Below are positions 21,443-29,610 of a stretch of 64,000 bases of DNA, one piece after another. Below the pieces are notes generated by a model. That model saw only the letters and a list, made by a program, of their open reading frames with translations, was not told the DNA's origin and ran no database searches. Location of the stretch: NCBI GenBank assembly GCA_963803435.1, contig CAWDML010000001.1:1440001-1504000 (forward strand), in the 5' to 3' direction. The first letter of the stretch is position 1. Every line of letters starts with the position of its first letter. A program made the position numbers and the translations under genes. The DNA comes from an uncultured delta proteobacterium. GTDB lineage: Bacteria > Myxococcota > Kuafuiibacteriia > Kuafuiibacteriales > Kuafuiibacteriaceae.

Positions 21443-22771
21443 CTAGAGGATGATCAGATCGTCGGCCTCGAGGACCACGCCGTCGGACGACATCGCCTGC
21501 TCCGTCTCCTCACGGCGCTCGGCGGAGAGGCCGGACAGGTACTTCCCGATCTCGGGATGCTTCTTCACGAACGCGGCGAAGCGCTGCCTGTCCAGGTAGA
21601 GGACGACCGACTGCTCGGACGCGATGACGTTGGCCGTGGTGAGGCGGTTCTCGAGGAGGGCGATCTCGCCGAAGACCTCGCCTTCGCGGAGGTACGAGAG
21701 GACGACCTTGTCGCCGCTCTCGTCGACCTTGGTGACCTCGACTTCGCCTTCGAGGATCAGATACATCGCGTCGGGCTCCTTGCCGTCCTCGATCAGGACC
21801 GCGCCCTCGGGGACCATCTTCGACTGGAACTCCTTGAGGATCTGGAGCCGCTGCGTGTCGTCGAAGGGAGCGAAGATCTTGGAGGTCGCCATCAGGTTCA
21901 TCAGCAACCGGCGGCGCGCGAACTTGACCAGGTCCTCGGTGATCGACGGGTGCTGGGCCGACACCTCCTCGACGCTCTTGCGGTCGATCTCGAAGAGCTC
22001 GGAGGCGTGCGTGGTCACGACGCTGGCGGATCGAGGCTTCGAGGTGATGAGCGCGAGCTCGCCGAAGAGCGTGCCGGCACCCAGGTGCGCCAGGTCTCGC
22101 CGCTCGTCACCCTCACCCTTGCTCACGAGCACCTCGCCCTGGAGGAGGATGAACAGGCTCTTGCCCTCGTCGCCTTCACGGACCACCGAGTAGCCGGACG
22201 GCACCTTGAGATAGCCCATCCGCTCCACCAGCGAGAGGAAGGCCTCCTTCGACATGTCCGAGAAGAGCGGAACCGCCGCCGGCTCCAGGTCGCGTTTCTC
22301 GATCGGGGGCCGAGCAGCCGCCAGACGTCCGGCGGCGTCGATCAGGGCGTCGCCCGAGAGAGCGAGCAGGCTCCCCTCCCAATCGCCGGGCATGACGGTG
22401 GGCGGGATCGGCGGAGGTACGCGAGCCCGGCTGCGCGTCTCCAGTCCGTGGATCGCCGCGTGGATCTCGCCGAGCAGCGCTCGGATGGGCGCAGCCCCGG
22501 GCTCGAGCCCCAGCGCGTCGCGACAGGCACCGATCGCGGAGAGGACGAAGCCGCGCGCGTAGAGCAGCTCCGCCACCGAACCCAGCGCCTGCACCGCCAG
22601 GTCGACGCGACCCAACGCTGCCAGGCAGAGCGCCGTCTTCAGCCGCGCTTGGTGATCGAGGGGTGCAGCCCGGAGCGCCTCGGCGGCGTTCCCGAGCGCG
22701 ACCGCGAAGTCTCCCTTCTGTGCCGCGCCATCCGCCCGCTCGTGCAAGGTGGCAGTGGAGATCTGACCCAT
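21443..22771 (-). CDS. TPR plus tandem cyclic-nucleotide-binding domain protein
   Basis: Two cNMP folds (VVREGDEGKSLFILLQGEV...LFGELALITSKPRSASV; EGEVFGEIALLENRLTTANV). The stop TAG is part of the IS CTAG target. Confidence 0.9.
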   Translation of the reverse strand: MGQISTATLHERADGAAQKGDFAVALGNAAEALRAAPLDHQARLKTALCLAALGRVDLAVQALGSVAELLYARGFVLSAIGACRDALGLEPGAAPIRALLGEIHAAIHGLETRSRARVPPPIPPTVMPGDWEGSLLALSGDALIDAAGRLAAARPPIEKRDLEPAAVPLFSDMSKEAFLSLVERMGYLKVPSGYSVVREGDEGKSLFILLQGEVLVSKGEGDERRDLAHLGAGTLFGELALITSKPRSASVVTTHASELFEIDRKSVEEVSAQHPSITEDLVKFARRRLLMNLMATSKIFAPFDDTQRLQILKEFQSKMVPEGAVLIEDGKEPDAMYLILEGEVEVTKVDESGDKVVLSYLREGEVFGEIALLENRLTTANVIASEQSVVLYLDRQRFAAFVKKHPEIGKYLSGLSAERREETEQAMSSDGVVLEADDLIIL

Positions 22772-22848
22772 CGGGCCCTCGTACTCCGAACCGCACCCGT
22801 TGGACAGGCGTTGCTCGGTGGGCGTGCGTAGGGATAAAAGCGTTCGAG

Positions 22849-24877
22849 GTGGTACTTCCCAAGCATCGGTGGGCTCTGCTCCTGTTCCTCGCCACCCTCG
22901 GCGCAGCCCCGCCCCTCGGGACCGGCGGCGGTGGGGACGGAACGATTCCGCTCGAACCACCGCATCATCCCCGCCGGATCGCGACCTCCCCGTCCATCCC
23001 CGGTCTCGGGCCCCGCCTGGCGGCGAAGATCCGCGCCGGCGGTCCGGACGACCGCTATCGCTTCCTCACCCGCGGTCTCACCCGACGCGCGATCGAGGCC
23101 GCCGGCGGCGTGGTGACGGCCCAGATCGGACCGATCCTCGGCGGGGTCGCCAGCGGGCGCGCGATCCGGATCCTCGCGCCCCTCGCCGAGCAGATCGAAG
23201 CGCCGCAACCGCTCGTCCCGCTGCTCGACAAGAGCCGCGCCGAGATCCACGCCGACCTCGCCGATCGCGGAGAGGGCTTCGACCGCCACTATCGCGGAGA
23301 CGGCGCGATCATCGCCGCGTACGACTCCGGCATCGACCTGAAGCACCCCGATCTTCGCGAGATCGACGGCCCCACCCGCGTGATCGCGCTGTGGGATCAA
23401 GACATGCCCGGCATCCCGCCGCCCGGAAAGCTGGCCGGCAATCTCTGCAGTCGCGAGACGCTGATGGCCGACGCATGCCTGGCGAAGGACAGCACCGGCC
23501 ACGGCACGCACGTCATGAGCGTGGCCGCCAGCGACGGGCCCAACTATCGCGGTATCGCGCCCGAGGCGAAGATCGCGATGGCCCGCTCCGACGAGTACGA
23601 TCTGCTGCTCGACACGCTCGACTGGTTCCGCAACGTCTCGATCGCCGAAGGCCTCCCGCTGGTCGTCAACCTCTCGCTGGGCGGACACGAGGGACCGCAC
23701 GACGGCACCTCGCTCGAGGCGCAGGCGATCGACGCGCTGGAGCATCTGGTCGTCGCCGCCGCCGGCAACGACGGGCTGATCCCCGTCCACGCGCTGGTGC
23801 GGCTCGAGAAGGGCGACTCGGCGGCGGTCGCGCTGCGCTTCCCGGTGCTCCCGGTGCCCGCCGAGCGCCGTGCGATCGTCGAGATCTGGGGCGACGTCGG
23901 CCTGCCGTTGATGGCGAGCGCCGCGGTGGTCGCACCGGGCGGACTGACGCTGGCGCAGACCTCGTCCGTGACGATCGGGGAGGCGGGCGTGACCGAGCTC
24001 CTGGTGTCCGACACCGCGACGCTGGGGCAGGCGATGCTCGATCCGGAGGCCAGCCTCAATCCATTCAATGGACAGCCGCACATCCGCATCGAGGTGCAGA
24101 TGACGGCCTGGGAGGACGCGCCGGGTGGTCCCGGCTTCGTCGTGGTCGAGCTTCACGGCGAAGGACGCGTGGACCTGTGGGTCGACACGCCGCCCACCGA
24201 GCCCGCACCGATCCGCTTCGATCGGGAGCGCGTCCTCGAGACGCCGAACCAGGTCCTCGGCGACGCGGACCACACGATCTCCGATCCCGCCACCGCGGTC
24301 TCGGCGGTCGCGGTGGCCGCCTACACCACGCGCGTCGAGTTCCGGAACATGGCCGGTGAGACCAACATGGTCGGTGGGACGCTGGGGGAGATTGCCAGCT
24401 TCACCTCGTGGGGCCCGACGATCTCGCCGGCCACCACGGGCCCCAAGCCCGATTCTCGCCGCCCCGGGCCACGTGGTGATCGCCGCACGGAGCATGACGG
24501 TCGCCATGGACAGCGCGACGGTCTCGCCCCTGTATCGGGCGGCCGCCGGGACCAGCCTGGCCGCGCCGCATGTGGCAGGAACGGCCGCGCTGCTGCTGGG
24601 CGCCAAGCCGGACATGGACAAGGCCGAGCTCAAGCGCGTGCTCCTCGGATCGGCCGTCCGCGACGACCAGGTGGAAGAATCGCTCGATCCGCGCTGGGGC
24701 GCCGGCCGCCTCGACGCCGCCGAGGCCCTCAGGATGGTGGTCAGCCCCTCCAAGGGCTGCGGCTGCCGGACCGCCGGCGCGCCCCTCGGCGCCCTCGGGC
24801 TATCCGACATCGGAGCGGTCGGGGCGCTCCTCTTGCTCGCCCTCGGCCTCGGCCTGCGCCGACGTGCATCCGCTTGA
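22849..24877 (+). CDS. S8 subtilisin-like serine peptidase with a MYXO-CTERM-like tail; +1 frameshift at ~24453
   Basis: Triad motifs YDSGID, GHGTHV, AAAGN and GTSLAAPHVAG. KPD(L)AAPG is split at GATTC 24451-24455. Tail is GCGCRTAG...ALLLLALGLGLRRR. Confidence 0.92.
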
Positions 24878-24953
24878 GCCCTCTCGAGGCCGCGTGCTAC
24901 CTGAGAGTCGAGTGCACGCGTGGGATCATCCCAGCAGCTCCGACGCGCCGCAG

Positions 24954-25454
24954 GTGATCGGTGACGTGACGCTGCGCGGCGCCCGCGACGAAGACTTCGC
25001 GGCGCTGCTCGGGCTCTGGCGGGAGCTGATGGATCTGCACGTCGAGCTCGACGATCGCTTCAACCTGTCGGAGAACGCCGATCAACGCTTCTACAGCTAT
25101 CTCGATACCGCGCGGTCCCGCGAGGACTATCGCGTTCGCGTCGCGGAGACGAAGGGCGAGCCGGTGGGCTTTGCCATCTCCTGCGTGCTCCCCAACAGCC
25201 CCGTCTACCGGGCGCGGTGGATCGGATACATCAACGATCTCTGCGTGACCGGCTCGATGCGCAGGCGCGGAATCGGCGAGGTCCTGGTCCAGGATGCGGT
25301 CGACTGGCTGCTCGCGTGCGGCGCCGAGTCCGTCGAGGTCTACGTCGCGCACCACAACGAGGTCGCGCGCCGGTTCTGGCGGCGCATCGGCGGCCGCGAG
25401 TATCTCGAGCGCCTCTCGATCGACCTGGGCCGGTTCGAGCGGCGGGGCCGGTAA
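24954..25454 (+). CDS. GNAT-family N-acetyltransferase
   Basis: GYINDLCVTGSMRRRGIGEVLV acetyl-CoA motif; NEVARRFWRRIG. Confidence 0.88.
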   Translation: MIGDVTLRGARDEDFAALLGLWRELMDLHVELDDRFNLSENADQRFYSYLDTARSREDYRVRVAETKGEPVGFAISCVLPNSPVYRARWIGYINDLCVTGSMRRRGIGEVLVQDAVDWLLACGAESVEVYVAHHNEVARRFWRRIGGREYLERLSIDLGRFERRGR

Positions 25455-26366
25455 ATGACGGCGCGCGAGGCGCTCAAGACGATCCAGGAGTTCGTGGAGC
25501 TGGCCATGCAGCGGCGCGTCAGCGCGCTGCCGGCGGAGCAGCGCACCCTCATGGAAGCGCTCGACGAGAAGCTGCGCGATCAGATCGACGGCGCGAAGCC
25601 CAAGCCCCGCAACATCGAGAACCCGTCTGCGGTGGCAGCCTCGGCGCGCAACCTCAAGATCGGCGGGCTCGCTCAGGAGCTGAACGCCTCGCTCGGCAAG
25701 ACCGACGCGAAGAAGATCCGCGACATCTCGACCGCCGACCTCCCGCGCTCCCTCTACACCCCATCGTCGATGCCGGCGTTCATGTCCGACTACTACGACG
25801 ACGATCTCGTCCCGACGAGCACCAGCGACCTGGCCGGTGGGGTGCCGACGACGGCCGTGCTGGCGGACGGCACCGAGGTCGACCTCATGGACGAGGTCAA
25901 GGTGCTGTTCGGTCTGGCAGAGCCGGCCCCCAGCGTCCCGGCGGTGCCGGAGCGGCCCGAGCACGTGGCCGTGCGGCCGGCGCGCCGTCCCAGCGTCGCC
26001 GCTCCGCAGCTCGGGCGACCGACGATCGTGCACTTCGTCGCCGGCGGAACCCGGCGGGGCGAGATCGCACCCTTCGAGCCGACGAGCGGCAAGCTGTGCT
26101 TCGTCGAGAAGGATGGATCGATCGAGGAGGTCCCCTTGGGTCAGGTCCTGGCGATCTTCTTCGGGCTCTTGAAGGGCGAGGCGCCGTCCGAGCCCTCGGG
26201 CGACCGCATGATCATCACGCTGATCAACGACAAGCGGGTGGTGGGGCTGACCGACGACTACCGCGAGGGCGGGGAGGCGCTGACGCTGGTCCCAGACCCG
26301 CGCCGCGGCAACATCGATCGCATCTGGATCCCGGCGTCGGCGGTGAAGGCGCTCGAGCTGGCTTGA
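25455..26366 (+). CDS. Hypothetical protein with a C-terminal DUF6982-like domain
   Basis: IVHFVAGGTRRG...VPLGQVLAIFF...ITLINDKRVVG...LVPDPRRGNIDRIWIP resembles this deltaproteobacterial domain (from memory). Starts directly after the GNAT stop. Confidence 0.6.
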   Translation: MTAREALKTIQEFVELAMQRRVSALPAEQRTLMEALDEKLRDQIDGAKPKPRNIENPSAVAASARNLKIGGLAQELNASLGKTDAKKIRDISTADLPRSLYTPSSMPAFMSDYYDDDLVPTSTSDLAGGVPTTAVLADGTEVDLMDEVKVLFGLAEPAPSVPAVPERPEHVAVRPARRPSVAAPQLGRPTIVHFVAGGTRRGEIAPFEPTSGKLCFVEKDGSIEEVPLGQVLAIFFGLLKGEAPSEPSGDRMIITLINDKRVVGLTDDYREGGEALTLVPDPRRGNIDRIWIPASAVKALELA

Positions 26367-26395
26367 AAGAACAGGCGCCGGCCCCCACCGGCGCC
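26365..26395 (-). terminator. Intrinsic terminator hairpin between convergent genes
   Basis: Stem GGCGCCGG (26374-26381) / CCGGCGCC (26388-26395) with a 6-nt loop, followed on the minus strand by TGTTCTTTC. Confidence 0.55.
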
Positions 26396-26407
26396 CGAAC
26401 CTTCAGC

Positions 26408-27079
26408 TCAGGGCATCACCAGGCCGGTGCGAATGGCCAGCAGTACCGCGTCGGCGACGTTGGACGCGCCGAGCTTCTTGAAGAGCCGTGCCCGATGGGC
26501 CTCGACCGTCTTCACGCTGATGGAAAGCCGCTCGCCAATGGCCTGATTGCTGTGCCCGTTGGCCATGAGCTCCAGGACTTCCCGCTCGCGCGCCGTGATC
26601 TGGACTGCGGCCCGCTCTCGCTCCGTGGCGACGCCGGACACGTAGGTCCGACCCTCGCTCGCGGCCTGGAGCGCAAACACCAGGTCGGCCACGTACGGCT
26701 GCTTGATCACGACGCCGGCGGCGCCCGCCTCCGTGATGCTCCTGACAAACGCATCATCGCTTCGGAACGAGATCGCGATGACCTTGGCCTCGGCCGAAGC
26801 GTTGCGGAGCTGACGCACCGTGTCGACGGGGCTCTTGTCGGCAGGAAGCGCATCGAGGTCCACGAACGCGTACTTCGCGCCGCTCGCCCGCAGCTCGTTG
26901 GTATCGATCCGCTCGTGGAGGTGCATGCGCATTCCGCGTTTGCGGAGCCAATGCTCCAGCTGCGGCGGCACCTTCGGTGCGAACACCACAACCAGCTCTT
27001 GAGCGGCGGCATCCGCGACGTGCCCTGCGTTCGAGGCCGCCGTGGTGCCGTTGGTCATCATGGGACTACCTTCGGTCAT
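26408..27079 (-). CDS. NarL/FixJ-family response regulator (LuxR HTH) with an atypical receiver
   Basis: ITAREREVLELMANGHSNQAIGERLSISVKTVEAHRARLFKKLG. The receiver keeps VDLD and IKQ but has no N-terminal acidic pair. Confidence 0.9.
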   Translation of the reverse strand: MTEGSPMMTNGTTAASNAGHVADAAAQELVVVFAPKVPPQLEHWLRKRGMRMHLHERIDTNELRASGAKYAFVDLDALPADKSPVDTVRQLRNASAEAKVIAISFRSDDAFVRSITEAGAAGVVIKQPYVADLVFALQAASEGRTYVSGVATERERAAVQITAREREVLELMANGHSNQAIGERLSISVKTVEAHRARLFKKLGASNVADAVLLAIRTGLVMP

Positions 27080-27197
27080 TGTCTCAACCCTCTAGTCCCC
27101 CCGGTTCATACGTATCGGAGAACCCCCAACAGGTTACGTACAAATCTTTAATCGTTTTGCCCGCCCGTGCAGCAAAAAAAAGCTCGAACCCATCGAA

Positions 27198-28679
27198 TTA
27201 TGCTCGAAAGCGACGGGGAAACGAGGGTTTCTGCCCTGATGACGGCGACTTGAAGGTACCCGTTCGATCGCGAGACGAAGCCCTGGAGAGCAGCGTGGCC
27301 AGGGCCAATCGCGCCGCCGAGAGACCGGCGAGCCGGCCATTGATCGTCGGCGTGGCGCCTTCGGGGAGCTTCGGCGTCAGCAGGGAGTAGACCGACGCGG
27401 TCCCCGGGAGGGCGTTTCGAACGCGTGCGTATCGCGTCGCGCGGAGCAACCGAACCAGGACCTCGGGCGGATCGTCGAGGCGTTCGATCGGGTGCACGGC
27501 GATCCCGAGCTCGCTCGCTTTCTCCATCAACATCGGCGCACCGGCGAGATGAAACCCGTCGTCGATCGTGGCGAGCATGTGGGCCACGACCACATCGGCT
27601 CGAACCGCCGCGGCGAGGACGTGCGCGATCCCCGCCACGCGCCCCGACGCGAGCAACCGCCGGGATGCGGCGATCTGCACCTCCGGGGCGCCACCGCACA
27701 CGAGCGCCAGCGCCCCGCCCGCACTCTCCGGGATCGCGCGGCGATCCGGTGCGGCGAGCCGGGCGAGCTCGGCCCAACCGAAGGTCGTCCCGCCGCGCGA
27801 CTCGATGTGCAGCCCCTGAGACGCTTCGTTCTGTCGTCGCTCTTCGAGCAGATCAGGTTCGGATCGAAACAGATCTGGAACCACGAGGGCCGCCAGGTCG
27901 GCGTTCGGGGTCCCCTGCTGCGCCTCGAGCGCCGGCGCCAGATCGAAGGTCCGCAGTCGGTCCGCGTTCTCGATCCCCCACCGGAAGAGCGCGTGCCCGA
28001 GATCGCGCACGTACGGAGACACCAGCTCGATCGGCGCAAACCCGTCCGAGATGAGCACCCAGATCTCACCGGCAGGCAGCTGCGCCAGGACAGCGTCGGC
28101 GATCTGACGGCCCCGCTCCTCGAGGCGATCGGGACGGACGTCGTCGTGGAGGTGGACGGTCGCGGCGAAGTCGCGCCGGGCCATCCAGGCCAGATCGGCG
28201 CGGAGCTGAGGCGCGCGCCAATCGACACCGGCGATCTCCGACGCCGGCGCCTCGAGGAGGACAGCGAGCTCAGTCACCAGCATCGGGTCGAGCTCACCGT
28301 CGAGCGCATCGATCAGATCGCTCCGCTCGGAGAGACGGGCGCGGATCGTCGCGGCCGCCAGCCGATAGCGTGCGAGGTCGAGGAGGAGCGCCGTCAGGTC
28401 GCCGCCCGACGCGGGCACCTCGACGACGAGCGAGCGCTCCATCGCCGACCACGCGCTGCCCTCGGCGAGCGGAACCAAGTCGGAGGGCCGCGCCTCGAGC
28501 ACCCAGATCGACTCGGCGTGGATCAACCCGCTGGGGAGCCGCGCGCAGAGCGCGAGCAGATCATCGAGACGCACGCGATCGACCAGGTGCGGCGCGCCCG
28601 CTGCGATCACCTGCGCGATCGCGCCGAGATCGACGACGGCTCGGTTCGCCAACAGATCGATCAGGCGGCGATCGATCAC
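27198..28679 (-). CDS. Hypothetical protein
   Basis: GTG start overlaps the TlpA stop (GTGA) and the translation looks natural (IDRRLIDLLANRAVVDLG...); no confident family. Confidence 0.6.
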   Translation of the reverse strand: MIDRRLIDLLANRAVVDLGAIAQVIAAGAPHLVDRVRLDDLLALCARLPSGLIHAESIWVLEARPSDLVPLAEGSAWSAMERSLVVEVPASGGDLTALLLDLARYRLAAATIRARLSERSDLIDALDGELDPMLVTELAVLLEAPASEIAGVDWRAPQLRADLAWMARRDFAATVHLHDDVRPDRLEERGRQIADAVLAQLPAGEIWVLISDGFAPIELVSPYVRDLGHALFRWGIENADRLRTFDLAPALEAQQGTPNADLAALVVPDLFRSEPDLLEERRQNEASQGLHIESRGGTTFGWAELARLAAPDRRAIPESAGGALALVCGGAPEVQIAASRRLLASGRVAGIAHVLAAAVRADVVVAHMLATIDDGFHLAGAPMLMEKASELGIAVHPIERLDDPPEVLVRLLRATRYARVRNALPGTASVYSLLTPKLPEGATPTINGRLAGLSAARLALATLLSRASSRDRTGTFKSPSSGQKPSFPRRFRA

Positions 28680-29242
28680 AGCGCCGGCTCGATCGCGCGA
28701 CGCAGCTGGCGCTCGGAGGCCGGCCCGCGGAAGGAGGCGCGGATGACGCCCGTCCGGTCGATCACGAAGCTGGTGGGGAAGCTGTAGACGCCGTAGTCGG
28801 TGTGGATCGTCCCCGGATCGACGACCGAGGGGAACGTGAGGTGCGCGCGCTCGAGGAAGCGCTTCACGTGGGGCTCGGCGCCCGGCTCTTGATTCACACC
28901 CAGGACGACGAGGCCTCGATCGCGGTACTCGTCCTGGATCTTCTGCAGGTGCGGCATCGAGGCGACGCACGGAGGACACCAGGTCGCCCAGAAGTCGAGG
29001 ACCACGACCTTGCCGCCGAGGCCTGCCAGCGAGACCGTCCGGCCCTCGACGTCGGTGCCGGCGAACAGGGGCGCGGCGACGCCCGGTCCGGGCGGGAGCG
29101 GTCCGGCGGCGATCGCGTAGATGTGGCGCGCGGCGAGCCCGAGCGCGGCCAGCATCAGGGCGGCCAGCAGCGCCCCGGACCAGCGATCCGCCCGCTTGCT
29201 GTGCTCACGCCGCTCGAGGAGCGCGTCCGGCGAGGCCGTCAT
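28676..29242 (-). CDS. TlpA/ResA-like thiol-disulfide reductase
   Basis: TM anchor, GKVVVLDFWATWCPPC, YGVYSFPTSFVIDRTG. Confidence 0.93.
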   Translation of the reverse strand: MTASPDALLERREHSKRADRWSGALLAALMLAALGLAARHIYAIAAGPLPPGPGVAAPLFAGTDVEGRTVSLAGLGGKVVVLDFWATWCPPCVASMPHLQKIQDEYRDRGLVVLGVNQEPGAEPHVKRFLERAHLTFPSVVDPGTIHTDYGVYSFPTSFVIDRTGVIRASFRGPASERQLRRAIEPAL

Positions 29243-29253
29243 GGGCGTCCATC

Positions 29254-29610
29254 CTACCAACGTCCCGACGGGATCGGCCATGCCCCCGGAGGGATCTCGC
29301 TGGTCACGAAGCACCAGGCGACGCGCCGCTCGCCGCGCTCGGTGGTCACCTCGCAGCGGATGCGGCGATAGAGCGAGCCCTCGTACGCGTCCAGATCCGG
29401 GAGGAACGGCCCCAGGTCGTCGAAGAGACAGAGCTGGCCGTGAACGATCCCGTCGCCCTCGATCATCGCCGGATAGCCTTCGGGGAGGCCGAACAGTCGG
29501 CCGCGCACGGTGGCGGGCTCGACCGTGATTGCCGCCGCGACCAGCCCATGATTCGGTTGCCCCCGCATGAGCGTGCCGTAGACAAAGAGAGCGTCCGGGT
29601 TCTCGATGAT
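29254..29610 (-). CDS. Gamma-glutamylcyclotransferase (AIG2-like); start uncertain
   Basis: LFVYGTLMRGQPNH, GYPAM, VHGQL, LDAYEG..YRR. No ATG/GTG/TTG lies upstream of the FVYGTL motif in frame. Confidence 0.8.
   Translation of the reverse strand: MIENPDALFVYGTLMRGQPNHGLVAAAITVEPATVRGRLFGLPEGYPAMIEGDGIVHGQLCLFDDLGPFLPDLDAYEGSLYRRIRCEVTTERGERRVAWCFVTSEIPPGAWPIPSGRW

Larger units (their letters stand above)
20043..21446. mobile_element. Degenerate IS1182-family element with CTAG target duplication, ~70-bp imperfect inverted ends and a passenger gene
   Basis: CTAGGAGCGTGTAGCGCGTA (20043-20062) is the exact reverse complement of 21427-21446, and similarity extends inward through CCCGGT-type hexamers. 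The interior looks less GC-rich and carries transposase fragments. Confidence 0.88.
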
